DNA of 52,510 nucleotides, filler included, from Basidioascus undulatus (Eukaryota): assembly GCA_000826855.1 (NCBI GenBank). It is 4 parts of 4 records of this genome, joined end to end, with 100 filler letters (N's around TTAATTAATTAA, not from the genome) between each part and the next. Parts side by side here need not be neighbours in the genome. Positions count along the whole stretch, not along the records: positions 1 to 13,076 come from JTLS01000846.1; 3 more parts are not named here. One strand, given 5' to 3'. Each line of letters opens with the position of its first letter. Position 1 is the stretch's first letter. Under the pieces are notes generated by a model that saw nothing but the letters and a program-made list of their open reading frames with translations, was not told where the DNA came from and did not search any database. A program made the translations under genes and the position numbers. Shown here piece by piece: positions 1-6,978 of this stretch.

Positions 1-53
1 CAAAGGGAAGGGGCTGGGCCTGGGGCTCATCGGACCGGGGAGTGCCTGAGGGA

Positions 54-1583
54 CTAACCAAGCCATACCGAGCCATCGAGGCCTCCGATACCCTGGTCCA
101 CGTTACTGATGTCCGAGTACCGGGACCAACGGAGAGACGAAACGGCGCCCATAAGGATGAAGAAAAGAAGGGGATATTCCGTCTCATCCCGCGTCGTCTC
201 TAGAGGGGCAGTATACACCGACCTTTGACCACCCTCTACGTGGGGCCCCGCTCCCCGGCACCACCACCAGTACCAGGCATCTATAGAGCTGGCGTCGATG
301 GTAGACACCCAGGGCGCGATGTTCCTCGCCAAAGAGCCCACGAGGCCTCGGCGGGCAGCGCACAGACTGGTGAGTTCGGAGAGGTACGGGCTGGGGGTTG
401 GGGCCTCCGGGCTACCGGGCACCCTCACCCCCCATGCATGGGTACGGGTAAACCCCATCAGTGCCTCGACAGCCTCTGTAGTAAGCTGGGCGTGCCCCAG
501 GTCCGAGCAACAGCGCGCCACCAGGTAGGCGTTCACTACCCTCGAGTGGGGGTCAAGGGTACCCAAGAACTCCATCACCCTCTTCGCATTGCCCTCGGCG
601 AGCACCCCATAGAGGCCCAGGTAGGTGTCGTACAGCTCTCGGCCCCCCGCGGCCGGGGCCTGGGGCCTATCTCCCGGAACTATGCGCTGGCCCAGCACCA
701 AGGTAATGTCCTTCTCGAAGGAGGCAACTGCATCGCCTCGCGCCGCGAACAGAACTGCCCTCGGGACCACCCCGGGGCTGCCTATGTACTCGAACTTGCG
801 GGCCATCTGTGCAACAAAGACCTGAGGGTACTCCCGGCACCAGGCAGGCAGCTGGGACACGGTATGGTACACGTGTGAGGTAAACGCCCGGCAGCCGTCG
901 AGCGGCGCCCCGCTCCCTTCGCTCGCTGCACGTCGGTAGAGCCTCTGTGCCGAGGGCCCCATAGGTCTGTACCTTGCCACGGTCCCTATTGCGCCGTGCT
1001 GAGTCGACTCTATGCTGGACTCACCCGTCAGCAAGAACCTGCCCCGCACGGGATCAAAGTCCACGAAGTCCATACCGTCGTGGACGGCAGCGATCACCAG
1101 TGCCCGTACGGAAATCCGCGCGAGCACGGTCGGTAGTTCGGACGGAAAGGTATCCATGGACGCGGAGGACCAGTCTAGAGTCAGGTAGGAGTCTGCGCCC
1201 GTAGCTGCTGCGGACTGCGCAAGGGTGTACCAGGGCGCCACCTTACGCGACACTTTGGCGTCCCCCCGTAGCCTCCCGGTCAGGCCAGAGCCGTCGGGAG
1301 ACTGTCCGGTGGTGGCTATCTGTGGGACGTCGTACTTGATCTCGAAGCGGAACCCCAGCCTCAGCCTCCTCCACCCCGACCTCCTTGCCTTACGGCGGAA
1401 GCCTAGCATACCAGTGTCGACCCCGTCGAACTGCAAGCTACAATATACGCTTTCGTCACACTTTCTCAGGTCGGCCGAGGAGGAGAAGAGGCTCTGGGCT
1501 AGCTGCGCCACGGCTATGATGAAAGCGACGCCGGCCAGGACCGCAGCCGCTACGGTACCCGCCGTGGATGGATCCATTCCCAT
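54..1583 (-). CDS. Modin/MOD-A-like protein with N-terminal transmembrane helix (~509 aa)
   Basis: N-terminus AVLAGVAFIIAVAQLAQSLFSSSADLRKC..SV, then FRFEIKYDVPQI and SMDTFPSELPTVLARISV...GMDFVDFDP...GTVARY, match my recollection of the fungal modin family pattern (LQQY.A...R.C..SV / FRFE....P / SWD.MP.....P.A). Start set at the first ATG (1583; alternative 1577). Confidence 0.65.
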   Translation of the reverse strand: MGMDPSTAGTVAAAVLAGVAFIIAVAQLAQSLFSSSADLRKCDESVYCSLQFDGVDTGMLGFRRKARRSGWRRLRLGFRFEIKYDVPQIATTGQSPDGSGLTGRLRGDAKVSRKVAPWYTLAQSAAATGADSYLTLDWSSASMDTFPSELPTVLARISVRALVIAAVHDGMDFVDFDPVRGRFLLTGESSIESTQHGAIGTVARYRPMGPSAQRLYRRAASEGSGAPLDGCRAFTSHVYHTVSQLPAWCREYPQVFVAQMARKFEYIGSPGVVPRAVLFAARGDAVASFEKDITLVLGQRIVPGDRPQAPAAGGRELYDTYLGLYGVLAEGNAKRVMEFLGTLDPHSRVVNAYLVARCCSDLGHAQLTTEAVEALMGFTRTHAWGVRVPGSPEAPTPSPYLSELTSLCAARRGLVGSLARNIAPWVSTIDASSIDAWYWWWCRGAGPHVEGGQRSVYTAPLETTRDETEYPLLFFILMGAVSSLRWSRYSDISNVDQGIGGLDGSVWLG

Positions 1584-1600
1584 CTTTGCCGGTGCACTCG

Positions 1601-1614
1601 CAACTCCAGCGTTG
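1601..1614. promoter_or_regulatory. CAAC-N6-GTTG palindrome upstream of the Modin-like gene
   Basis: caactccagcgttg, 17 nt from ATG 1583; the same motif recurs before other genes of the element. Confidence 0.55.
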
Positions 1615-1687
1615 GTGCTCCGGGGGTGCGGCTTCGTTCCGGGGCGGCGCACGGCAAGGCCGGGGCACAAACGGCAGAGCAATTCTC

Positions 1688-1699
1688 CAACTGCGGTTG
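1688..1699. promoter_or_regulatory. CAAC-N4-GTTG palindrome upstream of the kinase gene
   Basis: caactgcggttg followed by ctggcac, 20 nt before ATG 1720. Confidence 0.55.
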
Positions 1700-1719
1700 C
1701 TGGCACTACACTGGACGCA

Positions 1720-2574
1720 ATGGATGAGTTTAAATACTCGAAAGGCGGCCGGTGGCTCTATACTGACGCAGAGGCGTACCTCTGGCACGGCGGGTGCTAC
1801 GTGAGGTTCGTCTACAAGCCGGGGACCTTGGCTGCCGATGTCCTTGCTTTCAGGAAGGACCTCCCCGAGTACGGCCACAGCCTCCTGATAGACGGGAATG
1901 ATGTCACACGCATAGACTACGAAGAGCCGCGAGAGCCCGGCAAGCCGGAGGACGACAGCGAGGACGTGTCCGAAGAGATGTTCGGACTTCCAGTCATCAA
2001 GACCGACGGGAAGGTCCACTACCTAAAGCGTTGCATGTACAAGAGCGAGATACAGAGCCTACTTAAGGTAAAGGGAGGTCCATCTGTGATAGAGCTACTG
2101 GGGCGTACGGAGGACATGAGGCTCGTCTTCCCTAAGTACACGACCGACCTCTTTGAGTACGTACTGAAGCACAGGGACACGGACTTCCGGCAGCACGCAA
2201 CATGGCTACTGCAGATAATCTCGGGTCTCGAGTGGCTCCACTCACGTGGGGTGGTCCACAGGGACCTTGTGCTCAGGAACATAATGTACTCGGAACCTGT
2301 GGTGATAGCCGACCTCGAGTCTAAGCACACCTCGCTTGCCTGCAGGCCACCTGAGGTCTCCGCGGGCGCCGAGTTCAGCCCGGCTAGCGATGTCTACGCG
2401 CTGGGCTTCTGCGCATGGCAGATGGAGAGACGCAACTATCCGAGGCCGTTCGCGCCGGTGGAACTGGAGGGCCCACTCGCAGAGATCTTCTGTGCCTGCA
2501 GACGAGAGAAGCCTGAGGACAGGCCGACCCTCGAAGAGCTCACCGCCGCTCTTGAGCCGATGAGAAGCCCGTGA
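1720..2574 (+). CDS. Eukaryotic-type protein kinase (284 aa)
   Basis: HYLK (beta3 Lys), EIQSL (helix C), HRDLVLRN catalytic loop, IADLE (DFG equivalent), PPE, SDVYALG, RPTLEEL. First ATG at 1720. Confidence 0.88.
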   Translation: MDEFKYSKGGRWLYTDAEAYLWHGGCYVRFVYKPGTLAADVLAFRKDLPEYGHSLLIDGNDVTRIDYEEPREPGKPEDDSEDVSEEMFGLPVIKTDGKVHYLKRCMYKSEIQSLLKVKGGPSVIELLGRTEDMRLVFPKYTTDLFEYVLKHRDTDFRQHATWLLQIISGLEWLHSRGVVHRDLVLRNIMYSEPVVIADLESKHTSLACRPPEVSAGAEFSPASDVYALGFCAWQMERRNYPRPFAPVELEGPLAEIFCACRREKPEDRPTLEELTAALEPMRSP

Positions 2575-2633
2575 GAGGCGCGGGGTAGCCCTGGCCGGTA
2601 TGGCGCGCTGGACGGCGTTGCTGGAGGATGCCC

Positions 2634-2646
2634 AGTTTTGAAAACT
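2634..2646. terminator. Candidate bidirectional terminator AGTTTTGAAAACT
   Basis: Palindrome between the convergent kinase and candidate-SSB genes; the same TTTTGAAAA core lies at the RNAP/PolB junction. Confidence 0.3.
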
Positions 2647-2778
2647 ACGCTACAACACATGACTTAGGATTCATCCGTCTCATCCTGGACTCGATCAACT
2701 TCCTACGCGTTCTCTCGGATCTCCCAGACAGCGTGGCAGAGCTCTCCAGTGTAATCAGCGAGCTCTCGGAACGGGTGA

Positions 2779-3630
2779 TCAGTTTCCCCGGCCGGCAGCG
2801 GGGGCTTCATCCTCAAGCTCGGGCTCGTCCTCAAGCTCAGGCTCCTGGTGACCGGAGTCGGTGATACCTGCGAATGCGAGGACCTCGGCACTGGCAACGA
2901 GACGGCGACTGGCACCAGCGCTCGACGCACCCTGGTTGGGGGCATCGGGACCCTTCACATCCGAAGTACCCGTGAGAAGCGCGGAGTTGAGGGTGAAGCT
3001 GAAAGTCCAGTCTCCCTCGTTAGTGCCAGAGACAGGCTCACCAGTGCACTTCACCCGGATCTCACTGAGAATGGCACAGACCAAGCTCTTCCCGTCCGCA
3101 TTAACAAGCACGTCGCGGAGCTTAATGTTGTACACGTCACCCTGGGAGTTGATAGTGCTCCACGTGCACTCGGTAGGGATCGCACCCTGACGGGCGGCGG
3201 GACGCTTGAGAGTGATGTTGACCCACGCGTACCCCTCCTTCTGCTGGACCCTAGGGTGAGTGAGGTTCACGCCACGGGCCTTCACCTTCTCGGTAAGGGC
3301 GTTCCAAGTCTTGAGAGGGAAGCCGGCGGTGAAGTAAGTGTCACCGTACGTAGCGTTGAGACGCTCACGGTTCTGCACGACGATGTCCGTGAAGAGAGAG
3401 CGGGGGAGTACGACATTGCCAGGGCACACTTGGTCAACCTTCGCGACGTGGGTGTGGAGAGGCGCCTTCGAACGCGCGATCTCCAGGTTACCCACGGCAC
3501 CGTCCAGCCTCCTCATCTCACCGACGTGGTAGTTGAACTGACGGGCCCTGTCAGGAGTGATGAACGCAGGCTCCTGAACCTCAAGCTCACCACTCTCGTT
3601 ACGGCGCTGGTACTGGACTTCGGCAGACAT
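2779..3630 (-). CDS. Hypothetical 283-aa protein; candidate single-stranded DNA-binding protein
   Basis: Clean ATG ORF with strong codon bias (antisense frame also open), a beta-rich-looking core and an acidic tail (EPELEDEPELEDE), next to the helicase. SSB function is inference only. Confidence 0.7.
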   Translation of the reverse strand: MSAEVQYQRRNESGELEVQEPAFITPDRARQFNYHVGEMRRLDGAVGNLEIARSKAPLHTHVAKVDQVCPGNVVLPRSLFTDIVVQNRERLNATYGDTYFTAGFPLKTWNALTEKVKARGVNLTHPRVQQKEGYAWVNITLKRPAARQGAIPTECTWSTINSQGDVYNIKLRDVLVNADGKSLVCAILSEIRVKCTGEPVSGTNEGDWTFSFTLNSALLTGTSDVKGPDAPNQGASSAGASRRLVASAEVLAFAGITDSGHQEPELEDEPELEDEAPAAGRGN

Positions 3631-3664
3631 GATAAGTTATTGCTATACTTCAGAGTGAGTATCG

Positions 3665-3678
3665 CAACGGTCACGTTG
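3665..3678. promoter_or_regulatory. CAAC-N6-GTTG palindrome upstream of the candidate SSB gene
   Basis: caacggtcacgttg in the 65-nt intergenic gap, 34 nt from ATG 3630. Confidence 0.55.
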
Positions 3679-3695
3679 GGCTCACGTCCTGAGTT

Positions 3696-5096
3696 TTAGA
3701 AGGATCCGGGGGAAGGGCGATTGGGGCGCAAATACTTTATGAAGCGGAATCCGGTATTACCCATAGCCTCTACGGTAGTCGGGGACATTAAGGAAGCGAG
3801 GTGCCCTAGCCTGTCGAGGGGCATGCGCGTGAGGGAGGAGACGATTACGCTGGCTTCGATCCAGTCTTCGGGTGACGACTCGTAGTCTACCACGACGTGT
3901 TCCATGATGAACGACCACTCGGCACCGAATATGGTCATGATCACGCTGACAGGCGCTATTACGGCACTGGGTGACCTCAGGCGCACGTATACGCAGAGGT
4001 AGATGAAGTCTAGCCAGTGTTCAGGACGATCGGGCATGATGATACGGGGGAGTGCAGTAGCATTGACGTTCATGTGCACGACTATGGCACGCCGTATGAT
4101 GGCCTCCGAGGACCACTCCTCTACGGTTCTGCTGGAGGGTAATGAGTTGCTACCCATGACTACGGTACTGCTGATCGTAGCTGACGACGGGGGGATAGGT
4201 ACTGAGTCCCTACCCGTGACTGCCTTGATGAGGCCGAGGTTGACGTTGCTGCCAAGCTCTACGTCTCCGGACACCGCTAGTCTTGTGGAGGCCAGCGACT
4301 GGGCTACGTCGACACCCAGAGTCTTGGATGCCCTGGTAAACGCATCTGATGGAAGTGTACACGAGCAGCCTGCGAGGGCAGTCTGTAGGCATCTGATGAG
4401 AGTACTCTTGCCTGTGCCACCAGGGCCGTAGAGGATGATCATCCTTGCTTGGGATGCCGGGTCCAGTAGGCAGTTGCCCACGGACCAGAGGATGGTATCG
4501 AGTTGCGTCCTGTCAGGGAAGAGACGACTCAGGAAGTGGAGTACTACACTCGGGCTCTCCTTGATACTCCATCTCGGAAGGACGCTGGATATCCTAATGG
4601 GCATGATGGAAACCGACTCTACGCGCGCTTTGCCAGCGACCGATATTACAGTGGGCACGTTAATGAGGGGAGGGCATTGACTCGCTATCAGGCCATCCTC
4701 GCCGTCGAGTGCGACGCGCAGCCTCGTGTTGGATACGCAGATGCTCGGGGGTATTACCTCCACGGGGATTGCGAAGCTCTCGATGAGAGAGGAGTAGGGA
4801 CGCATGGCCGTAAGGTAATTGACTGTGGCACTGTCGGCCTCTACCACGGAGCATACGGTGACCTGTGCCTCCGGGGCACAGAGGGGAGCCCAGTGGTTGT
4901 GGCTCGGAAGATAAATTACTACTGTGCCTTGCACCTTGGCGACCATGCCCCTGCCCTTGTAGATTGATGTTATTCTCCCGAACTTCTCGGGTGCCCCGTA
5001 GGTACCCTCCACAGGGACCAGGTGGGACTCGTCCTCTATCGGGGTATGGGGCTGCTCATGTTGACTCGCCAGCGCAGCTTCGGCGAACGATCGCAT
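3696..5096 (-). CDS. Superfamily 3 (D5/P4-like) helicase with an uncharacterised N-terminal domain (~466 aa)
   Basis: Walker A IILYGPGGTGKST, degenerate Walker B LAVSGDVE, IKAVTGRD, motif C VMGSN, arginine finger AIIRR. ATG 5096 chosen because 5141 is GTG and ATG 5126 lies inside the promoter palindrome. Confidence 0.82.
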   Translation of the reverse strand: MRSFAEAALASQHEQPHTPIEDESHLVPVEGTYGAPEKFGRITSIYKGRGMVAKVQGTVVIYLPSHNHWAPLCAPEAQVTVCSVVEADSATVNYLTAMRPYSSLIESFAIPVEVIPPSICVSNTRLRVALDGEDGLIASQCPPLINVPTVISVAGKARVESVSIMPIRISSVLPRWSIKESPSVVLHFLSRLFPDRTQLDTILWSVGNCLLDPASQARMIILYGPGGTGKSTLIRCLQTALAGCSCTLPSDAFTRASKTLGVDVAQSLASTRLAVSGDVELGSNVNLGLIKAVTGRDSVPIPPSSATISSTVVMGSNSLPSSRTVEEWSSEAIIRRAIVVHMNVNATALPRIIMPDRPEHWLDFIYLCVYVRLRSPSAVIAPVSVIMTIFGAEWSFIMEHVVVDYESSPEDWIEASVIVSSLTRMPLDRLGHLASLMSPTTVEAMGNTGFRFIKYLRPNRPSPGSF

Positions 5097-5116
5097 GGCG
5101 CAAGGTAGTGGCACCG

Positions 5117-5130
5117 CAACGCGCATGTTG
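5117..5130. promoter_or_regulatory. CAAC-N6-GTTG palindrome, shared bidirectional site for the helicase and RNAP genes
   Basis: gtgg-caccg-CAACgcgcatGTTG-ccggtcg-ccac, centred between divergent ATGs 5096 and 5149 (20 and 18 nt away). Confidence 0.6.
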
Positions 5131-5148
5131 CCGGTCGCCACATCAACG

Positions 5149-6975
5149 ATGAGCCACGAGCCGCGACCCGTAGAGCTGACCAGGCTAGCTTACGATGGAG
5201 CACTTGCCATTGAGTGTTTCTCCGTGAAACGCTACAGACTCACAAAGGTGGACATGAGGAAGGTTGCTACAGTGAGAGTGTCGACACCCCAGGAGTACAT
5301 GGCGGGCTGCCCCATCCACGACAGGTGCGCAGGCCACTTTGCAAGGACTCCTACTGGGACTCTACTCATGCCCCACAGGTTCCCCGCCCTCGCAGGTAAT
5401 GCAGAGAACCGCTATGCCAGGCTTGCCTCTGACCTGATGGAAAAGAGGGGAGGAAGTGAAGCCTACAATCAGGGACTGCTGGGTATCATGATGACTAAGG
5501 GAGGGACCTTCAGATACAGTGTGCTCTCGGGGTCTGTAGATGGCAGTGCGCGGCTGGTAATAGCTCCATGTTGGGGACTCCTAAGGAACCAAGTGGCCCT
5601 CCCTCGCAGGGTGGCTGAGAACATGAAGTATCTGAAGCACACCGGGACGTCGGCCTCCCCTGACCACCCCGAGGGCTCGTACGAGGCTGTCAGTGTCCAG
5701 GAGGGAGACTACGCGATAGTGGTAAGGCCTCCATCCCTTACGTTCTCCAATGCACAGCCGATGGAGGTAGTGCTGTGGGACAACGAGTGCATGGGACTCT
5801 CGCCCCTCAACTGCAGTGAGTACCACGCGGACTTTGACGGCGACGAAATGCACGTGTATCCAATATCTTCGCCCCTCGCAGTCGAAGAGGCGCGTCAGTG
5901 GGTCCAGTTCGTCAGGCAGGAGAGAGATGATCCCTTCGCTAACGTCTACGCCTTACCCGCCGCTCGAGCGGCGGCCTCTACTTCGTTCGTGCCTGCGGAG
6001 GGGTGGCAGTCAGCGAGGGGAGAGCAGTTGCCTGCGTTTATGCCTAGTACCACGACAGACATGGCGGAAATGATGACAGGTGCGCCCCTACCGGACGGAT
6101 ACGCGGGTGCCCGTGTGAAACCATCCACATGTGAGATGTTTGCAGAACTCGCATCTACTGGCGGCCCCAGCATCGAAGACTTCTACGAGGAGTCACTCAG
6201 GGGGTTGGATGACATCATGTCACAACAACTCATGCAGGGCACCATAGGAGACATGTCAAGGCAGGCCAGGCTTGCCGCTTCGTGCGTGATAGGGCCCCGT
6301 GCCGACGGGTCCATAACGATGGCATCCTTCTCGTCGACTAAGAGCATAGGGAGCTCAGGAGTGCTTGAGGACTGTCTGCCGGGGTCACCCGCGATGGTAG
6401 CTGCCAGTGCACTATGCGGGGTAGCCCAGCAAGCCGCGTTGGACTCACACAGGGCACACAAGGAGAAGGCATCCAGGGAAGACCTCATCGCAGGCCTGTT
6501 CAAGGGGAGTGGCAAGTCCCTGCGTATACTTACAGGCTCGGACAGCAACGCGGAGTGGCAGATGCGTGTAGGGGACGTCTGGGTATCGTACGGACCCGTA
6601 CAGCGGCCTCTGACTTCCTCACGGACCCTGGGTGCGGTAGCTCCGAGTGAACTGGCTAGACTACCCCACCGTAGGGCTGCCGCGAGACTTGCCCTGCAGT
6701 ATCTGAGTGCCTACTATGGAGTGTCCCTAAGTGAAGCAGAGCTTTCCTCACTGGCCGCACTGCTTGCGTACGAGCCGTCGAGATCAGACACACCACCCAC
6801 GCACAAGGAAGGTATGGCGGCACGGGACATGAGGTGGTTAGCGACATTAGCAGTAGGGCACTTCAGTCTGATACGTGGCATGGCCAAGGATTCCAGGTCG
6901 GCGCGGTGGACTACCCCAGACACCATCTCGGAGGCTATGACATTTGCCTCCTTCTACCGGCTCCTCGGGTTTTGA
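5149..6975 (+). CDS. Miniature DNA-directed RNA polymerase largest-subunit (Rpb1/beta') homolog (~608 aa)
   Basis: Catalytic YHADFDGDEMHVY; KGGTFRYSVLSGSVDGSARLVIAP (~[22 protein letters not shown]); VVRPPSL (~NRQPTLH); CPIHDRCAGHF (clamp Zn site); bridge-helix-like EDFYEESLRGLDDIM...GDMSRQ; trigger-loop-like PGSPAMVAASALCGVAQQAALDSHR. Confidence 0.9.
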   Translation: MSHEPRPVELTRLAYDGALAIECFSVKRYRLTKVDMRKVATVRVSTPQEYMAGCPIHDRCAGHFARTPTGTLLMPHRFPALAGNAENRYARLASDLMEKRGGSEAYNQGLLGIMMTKGGTFRYSVLSGSVDGSARLVIAPCWGLLRNQVALPRRVAENMKYLKHTGTSASPDHPEGSYEAVSVQEGDYAIVVRPPSLTFSNAQPMEVVLWDNECMGLSPLNCSEYHADFDGDEMHVYPISSPLAVEEARQWVQFVRQERDDPFANVYALPAARAAASTSFVPAEGWQSARGEQLPAFMPSTTTDMAEMMTGAPLPDGYAGARVKPSTCEMFAELASTGGPSIEDFYEESLRGLDDIMSQQLMQGTIGDMSRQARLAASCVIGPRADGSITMASFSSTKSIGSSGVLEDCLPGSPAMVAASALCGVAQQAALDSHRAHKEKASREDLIAGLFKGSGKSLRILTGSDSNAEWQMRVGDVWVSYGPVQRPLTSSRTLGAVAPSELARLPHRRAAARLALQYLSAYYGVSLSEAELSSLAALLAYEPSRSDTPPTHKEGMAARDMRWLATLAVGHFSLIRGMAKDSRSARWTTPDTISEAMTFASFYRLLGF

Positions 6976-6978
6976 AAA
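6970..6978. terminator. Candidate bidirectional terminator TTTTGAAAA at the RNAP/PolB convergent junction
   Basis: Overlaps the RNAP stop (6973-6975) and abuts the PolB stop (6979-6981). Confidence 0.3.

Noticed and set aside
1..60. Terminal inverted repeat or circular overlap with the contig end (13020-13076)
   Set aside because: Both ends are G-rich/C-rich but do not align as direct or inverted repeats by eye.
1225..1719. N-terminal extension of the kinase ORF, and similar extensions of the Modin-like (to 1706), helicase (to 5141), RNAP (from 5095) and PolB (to 9285) ORFs
   Set aside because: They begin at non-ATG codons or overlap the divergent gene and the promoter palindrome; downstream ATGs give non-overlapping genes at consistent distance from the motif.
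2628..2864. 78-aa ORF MPSFENYATTHDLG with amphipathic character
   Set aside because: It overlaps the 3' end of the candidate SSB, lacks the full upstream palindrome and has no recognisable motif. It could still be real, but I cannot support it.
2848..3699. 283-aa plus-strand ORF opposite the candidate SSB
   Set aside because: Codon-aligned antisense shadow of a biased gene; non-ATG start and no upstream motif.
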